A stretch of 62,189 nucleotides of DNA, filler included, from Chiloscyllium plagiosum (Eukaryota), in assembly GCF_004010195.1 (NCBI RefSeq). It is 3 parts of one record of this genome, joined end to end, with 100 filler letters (N's around TTAATTAATTAA, not from the genome) between each part and the next. Parts side by side here need not be neighbours in the genome. Positions count along the whole stretch, not along the records: positions 34,126 to 62,189 come from NC_057717.1; 2 more parts are not named here. One strand, 5' to 3'. Made by a program: the position numbers and the translations under genes. Below the pieces are notes generated by a model, which saw nothing but the letters and a program-made list of their open reading frames with translations, did not search any database and was not told the origin of the DNA. Positions 46,865 through 59,700 of this stretch are shown here, piece by piece (the first letter of the stretch is position 1; the number at the start of each line of letters is the position of its first letter).

Positions 46865-48195
46865 AACCCAGGGAAATCTGGACCGGTGAGCCTGACATCA
46901 GTGGTGGGTGAGTTGTTGGACGGGATTCTGAGGGATAGCCAATTGCATGCATGTTCAAGGCAAGGCTTGATTGTGGATAGTCACCATGGCTTTTTGCATG
47001 TGAAATCGTGTCACACTAATTTGACTGAGTATGTTAAAGAGGTGACAAAGCAGATTGATGAAGGCAGTGTTGTAGATTCTTTTCATATAGACTGGAGCAA
47101 GTTCTTCGACAAGATTCTGCATATTAGGCAAGTTAGTAAGGATAGGTCACATGGGAACCAGCGCACTCAAGACAATTGAATAAAAACTTAGATTGAAGGA
47201 AGGCGACAGAGGTTGGTAGAGGATTGCTTTTCAGACTGGAGGCCTGTGAACAGTAGTGTGCCACAAGGATCAATGCTGAGCCCACTGCTTTTCGTCATTC
47301 ATATAAATGATGTGGATGTGACCATAGATGGTAAGGATAGCAAGTTTGAAGATTACACCAACATTTTTGGTGTTGTGGGTAATGAAGAAAATTATCTCAG
47401 AGTGCAATGGGACCTCGATCAGATGGGCCCATAGGCTAACGATTGGCAGATGGTGTTTAATTCAGATAAATGTGAAATGCTGCATTTTGGGAAGCAAATC
47501 GGGGTACTTAATGGAAATATATTCGAGGATGTTGCTGAGCAACGAGACGGAGAGATGTAGATGCAACGCTCCTTCAAAGTGAACAGGATAGTGAACAAGG
47601 TGTTTGGCATGTTTGCCTTCCTTGGTCAGAGCATTGAGTTTCGGAGTTGGGATGTCATGTTACAGCTGGACAGGATGTGAGTGAGGCCACATTTTGGAAT
47701 ACTGTGTGCAGTTCAGGTCTCCCTGCTGTATGAAGGTTGCTGTGAAACTTGAAAAGATTCAGAAAAGATTTATAAGGATGTTGCCAGGTTTGGAGAGTTT
47801 GGGCTATAAGCAGAGGCTGAATGGGCTAAAGCGGTTTTCCCTGCAGAATTAAGAGCTTAGGGTTGACCTTATAGAGGTTTATAAAATCATAAGGGGCATG
47901 GAATTTGTAAATAGACAAGGTGTATTTCCCAGAATAGGGGATTCGAAAAATAGAGGGTATAGGTTTAACGTGCGAGGGGAAATATTTTAAATGGAACTTA
48001 GAGGCAATGTTTTCAGACAGAGGGAGGTGTGCATATGGGATTACCTGGCAGAGGAAGTGGTGGAGTCTGGCATCTTGATGGGTGTCTGAATAAGAAGGTA
48101 TAGTGGAATATGAGCCAAATGCTGGCAAATCAGACTGGATCAGATTGGGATGACTGGTAAGCACGGACAAAGGTGCGAGCTATATGACTCTATAA
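46865..48195 (+). mobile_element. decayed CR1 LINE RT to 3' end
   Basis: PVSLTSVVGELLDGILRD, SVPQGSMLSPLLFVIHIND, EYCVQFRSP; tail tatgactctat. Confidence 0.92.
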
Positions 48196-48314
48196 GAGGG
48201 ATGAGGAGACATTCTAAACAGGCATTTTAAGTGGGAATTCTCTTCCCCGCAAGTTTGAGATCCCTGTTTGTTTACATTGATTCAAAGCTGAGTTAGTTAA
48301 ATATTTGACAGAGA

Positions 48315-48583
48315 AGTGACTCGTGGATAACGGGATAATGTCAGGGACGTGGGGCTGTGACCATAACCTGATCAGCCACAATCAGGCTGTGACCATAACC
48401 TGATCAGCCACTTTGGGGATAGTGACCATACCTGATCAGCCACAATCAGGCTGTGACCATAACCTGATCAGCCACAATCAGGCTGTGACCATAACCTGAT
48501 CAGCCACAATCAGGCAGTGACTCGTGGATAACGGGATACTGTCAGGGACGTGGGGCTGTGACCATAACCTGATCAGCCACAAT
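48315..48583 (+). repeat. young 32-bp minisatellite (GGCTGTGACCATAACCTGATCAGCCACAATCA) arising within an old LINE tail
   Basis: ccataacctgatcagccac at 48361, 48393, 48457, 48489 and two more copies; 68-bp flank duplicated at 48315 and 48516. Confidence 0.9.
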
Positions 48584-49364
48584 CTTAGTGCCTGGTGGAG
48601 AAGGCTCGAAATGTCTAATGGCCCACTCCTGCTAGTCAGCCCATGTTTCTGTGTTCCATTCAGTCCCTCAAACCTGCTAGACAGGAACAGTTAGAGGCTA
48701 CTTACTGCGATACCCTGGTGCACAGAAACACAGGAGACCATTCAGCCCCTCAAAACTGTCCCACACAATTTGGTCTGGTTAGGAAAATGTAATTGAAAAA
48801 CCCAGGCTGGGTATGAAAATGGTCGCTTATCTCTCATTACAGAGCTTCCCCTCTCTGCAACATTCGCTTCATTTATTGCTCATGTTGTAGACCCAGTTTC
48901 ACTATGAATACAGTCCCTACACCTCAAGCAGAGATGGTCAAAACATTCTGGCAACATTCAATAACAGAGCTTCCAGGAAAATAACACCCTCTACTTTCCA
49001 ATAATAGAATGTGAAAACCCCACAAACAGTGATATGTCATTCATCCACATCGCTCCCCCCGCCCCGCCCCCCCCCCCCACCGCCCCCCGCAAGCATGGCT
49101 TCACCCACAATAAGATCATAAGGTCTAATATCCTCTTTCATGTCCAATTCTTCACAGCCCTCACCTCTGAATGGTCAAAAATCACTCCCTGCCTCACACT
49201 GTGACCTATTGATATGAGCAAAAGACATGAACACAAGGGCTCAGGGAAGAGTGAGCGGCCCTGACATCAAGGCAGCATTTAACTGATGTTGGTCTCAAGG
49301 AGCCTCAGTAGGATTGCACTTAATGGGAATGAGTTGTAAACTTCCCTGGTTAGAATGATTCAAA

Positions 49365-49740
49365 GCATAAACCATAATGATTGTTGTTTGTGTAAAAAAA
49401 TCCAAGCAGTCCTGGACATGTCTGCAAATGATCCTCAAGGTAGCTTCCTCAGCACAAACATCTTCAGCTGCTTCATAAATGTCTTGCCCACACCATAAGA
49501 TTAGAAGTGGGCGTGTTCACTGAAGATCACACAATATTCAGGAAAAAATATCTCCCTTTAGCTCCTGAACTAGTCTGTATCCATGTGCAGCAAGACCTAG
49601 ACAACGTTCAGGCTTGTGCTGTTGGAAGTCTCGGTAACATTCATGAAACAGTGCTGCTGGACACTGCACATTTCCACAGTCAAAAGTTCTCACGCTCGGT
49701 TCACTGGAACATGAGGAAAGCATTCAGCTCAATAAAATTA
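49365..49740 (+). mobile_element. old L2/CR1-clade RT fragment
   Basis: cctcaaggtagcttcctcagcacaaacatcttcagctgcttcataaat (PQGSFLSTNIFSCFIN) ... gtgttcactgaagat (FADD-like). Confidence 0.65.
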
Positions 49741-50079
49741 TTGGAGAAGTGTAGAGATAGCCCATTTAATGTCTCCAAACAATGACACAGGAAGAGAAGG
49801 AATCATGTATTATGGATGGCAGCAGAGCTCCTCAAATATATTTGAAGGCGTTGGCCTAGATGGTATTGATAATGAAGTGTTCTGATACAGTAATATCCCA
49901 TAAACATGTACTTGGCAAAAAAGAAAGATCAGATATAGATTCTCAGATGCAGTTCTCCAATCGAGGAGGAAAAACAAATCGAATGAAAATTTAGAGAGAT
50001 TTGCGGCCAGGAGACTTCCACTGAAGCTTTCAACTCTGTGGAGACCCCAATAGATTCTGATGTTACTGAGAAACCAAAA

Positions 50080-51270
50080 CCCTTCCTGTAACGTGGCTGC
50101 CAGAACTGCACACAGTATTCTATCCATGGGCTAACCAATAGCATGTTTAACTCATATTATGTCGCCTCGATGAATAAACTCTATGTCTACAGTCCCGTAT
50201 CCTTTCTTAACTGGCTATTGCACTTCCAGTCACATTCAGGGATGTATGAAGAAACACCCACTGACCTCCCTCGTGTTCTGCTATTCATTGAATTCTCCCT
50301 TGTCTGGTTACTTCTTATTACGTGCATCTCCTCATATTTTTCAGGGTTCCATTATTATACTCAGCTCCCACCCCCCTCCACCCCCTCCACATTCATATTT
50401 ATATTATTTATGATTACCACAAATAATTAGATACACTGCACTGCTCGCTGTGGTACACCACGAGACACTGGTCTATCTCTACCTCCTTTCCAGTAACTAA
50501 GCATGACATAGCTGTTCTCCAGTCCTCTCGCACCTCCCTTGTGTGGTCAGATTCACCTTAAACATTTAGATCAGGACATTTCCTCTCTTGTCTCCAACAG
50601 CATCCTGCGATACAACTCATCTGGACTTTACATCATCCAAAACCATCAATCCCAACTTGCATCTTATATCAAACTGTTCGAGAGCTTCCCAGTCAATCTT
50701 CTTGAATTCTGTACCTGCATCTTCCTTCTCCCAACTAAAACAGATGTGAAGCTCTCATGTCACAGGCTATCAGTGTTCCCCAGTTTCACATACTGATTAC
50801 CACCTTGGTTTCGAAATGGATCCTATTTTTTACCTGGTTATTCTGTTTAGCTTGATGTTTTTGTAGAACATCTTGGGTTCCCCCCCTAACTTTGCCTGCT
50901 GCACTTCTCCATGCCCCTGTGTTCGTCAGTCTGCTGTGCGTGAATTTTCTAAGTTTCCTTGAGATCACCTCTCATTCTTTAAAACAGTCCAGAACACAAG
51001 TATAATCTCATCCGCACTGCATGCAGTCTGTGCAGAACGCCTTCACTTCGATATTCCAATTTCCGTTAACTGAAGGCCAACTTCACTTTTACCTTTCCAT
51101 TTCCAAAAGTCATCCCTGAACCACGTTTGTTCAATTTTATTTATTATTCACTTTCTGAATTCTTAAACATCCACCTGAATATATAAATATATCACATCGA
51201 ACAGTTTTCCATTGTCTCCCCTACAAGAACCATCTTCAAACCATTTCAAAAAAAGTTTGTTAACAGTGAT
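50080..51270 (-). mobile_element. old CR1 fragments
   Basis: LLVSPWIEYCVQFWQPRYRKG and degenerate RT motifs on the minus strand. Confidence 0.6.
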
Positions 51271-51275
51271 TATTC

Positions 51276-54200
51276 GGGTGAGATCCAAGATGGCGACGAT
51301 CCAGTGGGACTGCCCTGGTGAGCTCTGCACCAGAACCCAGACAACGTGATGCATTCATCCTCTCTTTCTTCGCTATTGTGGTAAGATCGGAGGGTTTTGA
51401 TCCCCAGTATTGCTCTCTGTCATTTTAAGTGTGTAAGGAAAATGACTAAGGAAAAATGAACACGAGGATCACACAAACAGGGCACTGCAGCTTTGGATAC
51501 GCCGACGGCTGTGATGTCGTCCTCCACGAGAACCCCACGAACTTATTTGTGGAGCAGAGCCTAGTCTCGGAGTGCAGGAGCCTGCAAGAGAAGATTGATT
51601 CAGCAATGGAGGAGACCAGAACCATGCTGGAACTGATCTCAGCCAAGCTGCAGAAGCTTGACCAGGAGATACAGCGTCTCAGGCCACACGTCGTGAAAGT
51701 GGAAGAGGGAACCACGGCTTTGGAAACCATGGCAGAATCCTGAACGTGTCGTGTCCAAGCCCTGGAATGTTAGATACGGGCCTTAGTGGAGTAAGTCGAG
51801 GACCCTCGAAAATCAGAGCCGTCAGAAGAACATCTGCTTGGTTTGGCTGCTGGAACGAGAACAAGAAAGCCAGCTCGTCAGCTTCTTGGAACAATGGCTC
51901 ACACAATGTTTGAAGCTGCATATCAGGGCAGACTGGGTGAAGCTCGAGGGGACCCGCCGGATCGCAGTGTGCAGGCCTGGATCAGACCAGCGCCCCTGCC
52001 CACTCCATGTGCAACTCCAGCACGATAGAGAAAAACTGGTGCTGGAACCTTCTAGAGCTCTGCGAAGGATCTATTGGTCCTGATCTAGAAAGGATTACGA
52101 ATTATGTTTTTCCAAGACCTTTCTACGGTTGTGATCCGCAAGCGGCAAGCCTTTGATAAGACAAAAATGACTTTGAGGGATGTGAATATTCTGTAATTGG
52201 TAAGATAGCCAGCAATATTACGTTTTAGCCATTGAGGGTCTGTGCTTAATTTTGACTCACCAGAAAACGCAAAGGATTTCTTGTACACATTAAAATAGAC
52301 TGGCTGGTTCAAATAATATGGACAATTGTGTTCGCTTTGTTTTCTCTGGGGTTTGCCTGGTTTACCTCGTTTTGGGTTTTTTTTTAGTATGTGGAGGTCC
52401 CATGTTTTCTTTTACTCTCTCCTCCTTTCTTCCTCCCCTCCCATTATCCTTTGTTTTTTTTCTATCATTTGCTTTTCGTTTATCTCTTAGTACGGAATGG
52501 GAAAGGGGGTTGTGGGAGGTGGGGTGGTTACATTTTGTTTCACCAAGACTACCTCGGGTGAAGGTATGGATGGGATGGGGTTGAATGCCCACTTTTAATT
52601 TTCTTGTTGTGAGACCCGTGTACCGTTATCTAACTTTGTTTTGTCCAGGTTGGGAGCGGCTTCAGCTAGGAGGAGCCATGGGGGATTAATTGTAGTATGA
52701 CCGTCCCCTGTGAGCAAGGGGGACAGTCTCTGCTTATTTGTGTTCCATGTAGGTTCATGGGAGAAGTAGTTGTTAGAAGTTTTGAACGATTGTTTTTGTA
52801 ATTATATTTTCAAGTTTATACGGACTGTTTACAGCTTTCACTCGGTGCGCTATAAATGGGGTTCTTCTCCCAGTGGGTCATGGGCTGCTTCGGATGGTTA
52901 TGGCTAACCGCTTGTTTAAATGGTGCACCTGGAATGTTAAAGGGAGCCATTCACTGATTAAGAGAAAAAAATATACGTCCAAACATTTACAAGGAAAGGG
53001 TTACTGCAAGAAACACAGCTAACCAATAAGGAGCATTTAAAGTTACAGCAGGGAAGGTTCAGCCGGGTATTTTTTCATCTTTTAATACAACAAGTTGAGG
53101 AGTAGCTATACTCATTCATAAGAACCTTCCACTTCAGTTGTTTGACCAAATTAAGAATGAATGTGGGTGGTCTCTGATCCTAAAAGCTTTAAAACATGGA
53201 GAGGAATATGGGATCTTGATTAATATTGCCCCCAGCACACCCCCTCAAATTACAAAAAGGTCCGCCCTCCAGGTTGATGATCCTTGGGGCACGTCATACA
53301 ATAAAGCGGAGACTTGAACTGACGTATGGACCCCGAGGTGGATAGGATGTCGACGAGTCTCGCGGGTATTTCCCCACCACCCAGGCAGCTGGTGGGCCTG
53401 AACAGGTAGCTGGGTTGGTGGATGTGTGAGATGTCTTCACCCTGAAGATAAGGACTTCACCTTTTTTTTCTAACCCACATAAATGCTATACTAGGATTGA
53501 TATGTTGTTTGCCCCATTGGTCTTTTTAGATTCAGTGCTGTCCTGTCGAATTGGGAACATAGCCATTTCTGATCATGTGGCAGTGTACATAGAGGTCAAG
53601 GATTGTGGCGATGGGACAGACTCACGGCACTGGCACGTGGATCCTTTCCTCCTGAAGGATAGCAAATTCATTGAGTATTTTTTCGGGGAATTTAATTTTT
53701 TGGGGACATTCACTTGTGTACGGCCAGTAATCCGATGATGCTCTGGGAGACTGCCAAGACCTATACAAGGGGTTTGATTATTTCTTACTCGGCGACTCAG
53801 AAGTGGCAGAAGGTGGAGCAGCAGCGTATGCTTGAGGCTCGGCTGAAGACAGCTGAGATACCATATTTTGGCAGACTGTCTGTAACTTAATTGCAGCAGA
53901 CTACAGCCCTCCGGACTGCTCTGAATGCTGCTCTCGCCCAGACAGCAAAGAGAGAGATTTCCTTTGCGGAACAGAAGTTATTAGAGTATGGTGATAACCA
54001 TGAAGATATTAGGCGATCTTGGCCAGAAAGAAAATTGCTGCTATTATCGTCTGCGATCACAAAAAGATTAACACAGCATTCAGGAAATTCTACTCTGGGA
54101 TGTTCCAGTCAGTGGGCTGGGAGGACTGATTGGAGACGATGGAGCCCTTTTTTAAGACCTTGGACCTGTCAGGTGTAATTTCAGAGCAGGCGTTTCTTTA

Positions 54201-54720
54201 GAATGCCCCTCTGATAATCCGAAAGATACACGAGACAGTGAGCCAGTGCCAGGGTGGGAAAGCCCCCGGCCCAGATAGATTTTCGGAGTGAGATTTAGAA
54301 GGAGTTCATTGACAGGCTGGCTGGGCCAATGTTGGATATGTACAATTATTCGTACAGTCAGAACTGCCTCCCATCCTCTCTCAGGGAAGGAAATATTTCT
54401 CTTATTCTCAAGAGAGGGAAAGTCTCAGAGGATTGCACTTTGTATATGCCTATATCATTGTTATGTATGGACTTTAACATTTTATCGAAAATGCTGGCTT
54501 TGAAGCTGGAAAAGATCTTGCCCGTAATTGCGGAAAAAAACCATTTTTATTAGGGGCCATAGGTCCTCTGATAATGTTAGAAGAGCACTAAATTTGGTTT
54601 CAGTGTGCCAGCAAGGTTTGATTCCAGACTCGGGATTCTCCCTGGATGCAGAGAAAACATTTGACAGGATGGAGTAGATGTGCGCCTTTTATGACCTTGA
54701 ATGGTTTGGTCTTGGAGGGG
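51276..54720 (+). mobile_element. L1-clade LINE, 5'-intact but decayed (5' UTR, ORF1 ~51442-52298, spacer, ORF2 from 52900 into gap)
   Basis: ORF1 coiled coil then DLENQSRQKNICLVWLLE...RIMFFQDLS..VIRKRQAF; ORF2 MANRLFKWCTWNVKG, SDHVAV, GKAPGPD, YMPISLLCMDFNILSKMLA, ISLDAEKTFDRME. Confidence 0.93.
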
Positions 54721-56080
54721 NNNNNNNNNNNNNNNNNNNNNNNNNNNNNNNNNNNNNNNNNNNNNNNNNNNNNNNNNNNNNNNNNNNNNNNNNNNNNNNN
54801 NNNNNNNNNNNNNNNNNNNNNNNNNNNNNNNNNNNNNNNNNNNNNNNNNNNNNNNNNNNNNNNNNNNNNNNNNNNNNNNNNNNNNNNNNNNNNNNNNNNN
54901 NNNNNNNNNNNNNNNNNNNNNNNNNNNNNNNNNNNNNNNNNNNNNNNNNNNNNNNNNNNNNNNNNNNNNNNNNNNNNNNNNNNNNNNNNNNNNNNNNNNN
55001 NNNNNNNNNNNNNNNNNNNNNNNNNNNNNNNNNNNNNNNNNNNNNNNNNNNNNNNNNNNNNNNNNNNNNNNNNNNNNNNNNNNNNNNNNNNNNNNNNNNN
55101 NNNNNNNNNNNNNNNNNNNNNNNNNNNNNNNNNNNNNNNNNNNNNNNNNNNNNNNNNNNNNNNNNNNNNNNNNNNNNNNNNNNNNNNNNNNNNNNNNNNN
55201 NNNNNNNNNNNNNNNNNNNNCTATGGACAGCACTAAAGAGATGTCACATCCATTGGCCCTTTAATAAAGAAATAGGGCAAACCTCAGAGATAGGGAAATG
55301 TAAATAAAGGAATCACTATCAAGATTTCATCCAATTTGATAGTAATTGATACCTCATCACCAAATTCAGCTGCCACTTGAAAGGACGAAAGAAGCCCCAT
55401 AAGGAGAACTCCAAATTTCACTTGATTCTGTGTCACATTATCGCAAGAGAGCTTTGTTGTTGTCTTCTAGCAGATATCATTTTTTTCCACAAACCACAGA
55501 GATCAGAACCGAATAATGCAGAACCACATCATAATTCATCTTGAGAAACTGTGTCAATGGGTGTTTGGGTTTGCAGTGCCTCTGTATTCTGACCTTCGGC
55601 CTCAACCTCTCGCTGATCCCTAGTTTTCTTGATAAGTTGCAGTTCCAGTCAGTTTCTATTTCATCATTGACCCAGATTATAGAGGTTTCTGTATCAGTGA
55701 GTTCGCCAGTATAGCGCATTGTTTAAAGCAGCAGTGGCTCCACTGAAAAGGCTTTTAAATCTCGAGGTTCATAGAACAGCACATAGTTATCCATGTTAAA
55801 AGATTAACAACATTATATTTGATCTGCTATATTTCCCATTACTAACTGCAATGAATCTACCTCATGGGATACAGAAACTCACCACTGTGAGTAAAAACCT
55901 CTTAAACTTTGACCGAAGCCCAGGCTGTTGACTTAAGATAATAAACTCCATACAATAATGCAATAAAGAAAAGCAGATTGAATTCAAATGTTGCACAGGT
56001 TTGATAGAGAGCAAAACCCTCTCTACCCTAGCAGAGTAGAAAAGTTGTGCATTTATATAACATCTTAATAACATCTTTGT

Positions 56081-56396
56081 GGGTGGCACGGTGGCATAGT
56101 GGTTAGCACTGTTGCCTCACAGCGCCAGAGACCCGGGTTCATTTCCCGCCTCAGGCGACTGACTGTGTGGAGTTTGCACGTTCTCCCCGTGTCTGCGTGG
56201 GTTTCCTCCGGGTGCTCCAGTTCCCTCCCACAGTCCAAAGATGTGCAGGTCAGGTGAATTGGCCATGCTAAATTGCCCGTAGTGTTAGGTATAGGGGTAA
56301 ATATAGGGGTATGGTGGGTTGCGCTTCAGCGGGTCGGGGTGGACTTGTTGGGCCGAAGGGCCTGTTTCCATACTGTAATGTAATCTAACCTAATCT
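56081..56396 (+). mobile_element. young full-length HE1/V-SINE
   Basis: Near-identical to 20429-20752; A/B boxes, V domain, (TAATC)-type tail. Confidence 0.97.
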
Positions 56397-57324
56397 TAAT
56401 GCCACCTCAGAGTATCCTAAACTTCTCTTTCCAGATCTCCGAAACAAGTGCAGAATCCCTGGGGCCACTGTCAACTACATACTATCAAACCCAGGAAATC
56501 ATAGACGAAAATATCAGCATGTGCCCATGTTACAGTTTAAAATGTGTTTAATACCTCAGCTCGAATAACTAACAAAATTTTTTCGAGGTATGAACAGTAA
56601 ATGAGAATATGTCACTTGGCCCTTCGAGCCTGTTCCACCATTCAATAAGATCCTGACTGACCCGATAGTGGCATTTTTATAAAACATTCAGCTGACAATA
56701 TCCCACTTTAGCTTCTCTCATTCTATCATTTTAATATATTCCACTACACATCTATTCTAATCAGAAGAATAATTTTCCTGCTGTTAGTCACTGTTCTACA
56801 CTGTACTCCTTTCCTCATTCTCGAATTTAAAGAGCCTGCAATGCTTTTCCTCAGCCTATTCTTTAGACAAGATAAAATAGATTGCAACAGACTCCACTGT
56901 TTGTTTGTACTTGACACAATGAGAACTATTGAAATATTTCAATACACTCCTTTGGTGAAAAATATAATTTGCTTTAATCCTTTAAAACCGGTTCAGTTCG
57001 TTTTATATTTGCATTGAATGGTATTTCAGTCCGATCTAAATGTTAGTACAAAGTGAAATGATACAGCACTGAGCTTTGTCTTATTCTCCTTTGGTGGAAG
57101 TTGGAAAGGAGTGCTTTCTTACAACAGAGGGTCAAGAGAGTGAAAAATGAACGGCCAATTTGAGTAATAATACATGCAGGTTCTGACAAAGCCAATTTTC
57201 AATCAGAGATGTTCTATACAACAACTGAAGTACTTTTGATCATGTAGTCACATGTCAGAAATGTGATATCTCATTTGTGTACCGTGAGAAAAGCAGGAAG
57301 GAGATGATGACCAGATCGTCTACT

Positions 57325-57567
57325 CATTGGGATTGAGCGATAAATATTGGCCGGGACACCAGATATAATCTCACTTTAATTCAAAATAATAACGGTCCCT
57401 TTAGAGTGCAGAGTGGATTTGGTTTAATGCCTCATACACGTCTAATGTGCAGGATTATCTCAGGATTGCACTGCCGTGGCAGTATCAATTAGTGTATTCT
57501 AACCCCGAGGGTAGATCTTGAACCCTCCGACTCAACGATCAGCATTATACTCAGTGGCACCTGAGCA
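57325..57567 (-). mobile_element. decayed Deu-domain SINE (SacSINE1-like)
   Basis: gataaatattggccgggacacc...ggtttaatgcctcat...cttgaaccctccgactca resembles the reverse of DeuSINE body and tRNA head. Confidence 0.55.
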
Positions 57568-58539
57568 ACACACAATGCTCTGGCAAGTGGCTTATTATTT
57601 ACATCCCCAGGGATTAATGAAGCAATTTACGGCAATTGCATCAATTCTGTATGAGATGCAAAACAGACCTCTGATGATAGAATGATAGTCTCCCTACGCT
57701 TGGTTAGTAGGCTAAAGTTCCTAAATTAGATTTAGTAGACTTGGATTCCTGTCCCACCTACTCCAGAGGTGTGTCATACATCGCTGAACATTTTAATTTT
57801 AATAAAAGGAAAACCTCTCAACCAATTGGAAAATGCAATATGTGTAATTAGGAACCAACACTTTGGGTCACCTTTGCTGATTCCCAGTGTGTTCTACGGG
57901 AGTCAGTAATTTCTGTCAGTGTCCACCGTTAAAGCTACAAAAAGTTCTCTAATGTCTCTCCTCAGTAGGTCATTCTTCCCTTTTGAATATGGCCAGTGAG
58001 CACTCAGTCCTATCTCTTTTTTAGCAACAAATGGCTACCTTGCTTCCAGCTTGCTATCAGCAAGAGGTTAACTTGCACTGTCAAAGTGTGGCAATACAGA
58101 GAACAACCCTCCCCATACATGACCCAGGCGAAGATCACAAGATGCAGAACAAGCCAGTGTTTATGTCCAGAATTAGATAAACAGGAAGGATGTTCTCCAC
58201 AGCTGGGGAGTCCCGAACCAGGGCTCACGGTCTATGGAGACTGGGTCGGGTATTTTGGACTGAGATGAGGAAACTTTTCTTCACCCTGACAGTGGTGACT
58301 CTTTGGAATTCAATGTCATAGAAATTGATTGAGTCCAAAACATAATAGATTTTTTTTCGGACTAAAGGGATCAAAGAATGATGGAACAGAGTACTGAGTT
58401 GGATAATCAGCCATCATCATTTTGAACAGCAGCGCATGCTTACGGGGCTGAATGGCTTACTGCTCCACCTATTTATGTGACCATTCTGTGGCTTGAAGAG
58501 ATGTATTTTGTTCAAAAGGAAATCAAGATGATTGTGAAT

Positions 58540-58815
58540 TAGACATTCCTCAAATTAAATTGAACAACGAGGACGTTCTGGAAAACTGGGATAAACTGCT
58601 GAGTTACTTCCAGATGAAAATCTAAATGACCTGAAAGAGTTAGTATAATCACATGGGGAGATATGTGGGAATAACCTGGGAATTATTAATCTCACTACAC
58701 ATAATATTGATTGAGGAAATGCTGTTCCAATCAAGCAACATCCTACACACTTAAACTTTGAAGGGTTGCACAGGTTCAGAAAGAGACTGAACACATGCTG
58801 AAGCATAACATGGTC
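58540..58815 (+). mobile_element. Ty3/Gypsy pol fragment (pre-RT region)
   Basis: LNDLKELV*SHGEICGNNLGIINLTTHNID*GNAVPIKQHP...QVQKETEHMLKHNM. Confidence 0.75.
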
Positions 58816-59549
58816 GTACACTGGATCAAACTTACTTTTTGACTGTCACTTTCTTTTCTCGTGAATTTAAATTGTCAACTTCCTCAGAATTTGGACAGAG
58901 TTTGGACTCCATGTTTGTTTCTCAGCTTCAATTGAACGTAAGGACAAATTAAGACACTTCAAGCAAGCACTTTCAACTACAATTAAAGAGGCAGCTTGAT
59001 ATAGCACTTGGGGCAAATGGGATCGAATGTTATGTGGAGAAAGCATGATTAGGCTATTGAGTTGGACAATCAGCCATGATCGTGATGAATGGCAGAGCAA
59101 GTTCAAAAGATTAGATGGCCTCCTCCTGCTCCTATTTTCTACGTTTCTAAACCGGCTTAAATATCCAAGAAAACTGAAGATTCAGAATTATAAGCCGCCA
59201 TGAGATGATTTAGGTAAACAGGTTACACATTAGATTTTCTAGTCAGCATATAAAGTTAGTCCTTATGATTTCCCAGTATTGTTGCTTGAGGCTGAGATTA
59301 CAGTTCATTAGAAGCTTTCCCACTACTAAGATGAATCTGGTTGCTGGATTTATCCAGACAATTTTGAACAAAAATATTTTAAATGTTGTGATTCTCCAGT
59401 CTTTGATTCCATGTCTGTATTTGAACAGGATAAGGTTGTTGTGGATATTACCACTGCAGCTTCAATGCTCCTCTTCTCTAGATCCTCAGGTGTCTCCAAT
59501 TCAGTTGTTGTCAGCTACCAACACTCAATGACAATCAGCCTTTCTAAAT

Positions 59550-59700
59550 GAAGCAGAAATAGCTGGAGATGCTCAAGTGTCACAAAACTCAAAAACATTA
59601 ACTCTGCTTTTCCGCCACAGATGCTGCCAAACCTGCTGAGATTCTCCAGCAGTTTCATTTTTGTTTCAGATTTCCAGCATCTGCAATTTTGATTTATTTT
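59550..59700 (+). mobile_element. decayed Penelope-LTR-derived fragment
   Basis: aaaacattaactctgcttttccgccacagatgctgccaaacctgctgagattctccagca...gatttccagcatctgca. Confidence 0.6.

Noticed and set aside
49790..50080. Purine-rich stretch that looks like a processed pseudogene
   Set aside because: All three plus frames have stops and I recognise no protein family; needs BLASTX.
55345..55440. Signal-peptide-like minus-strand frame KFGVLLMGLLSSFQVAAEFG
   Set aside because: No convincing in-frame start, weak splice donor, no downstream exons identified.
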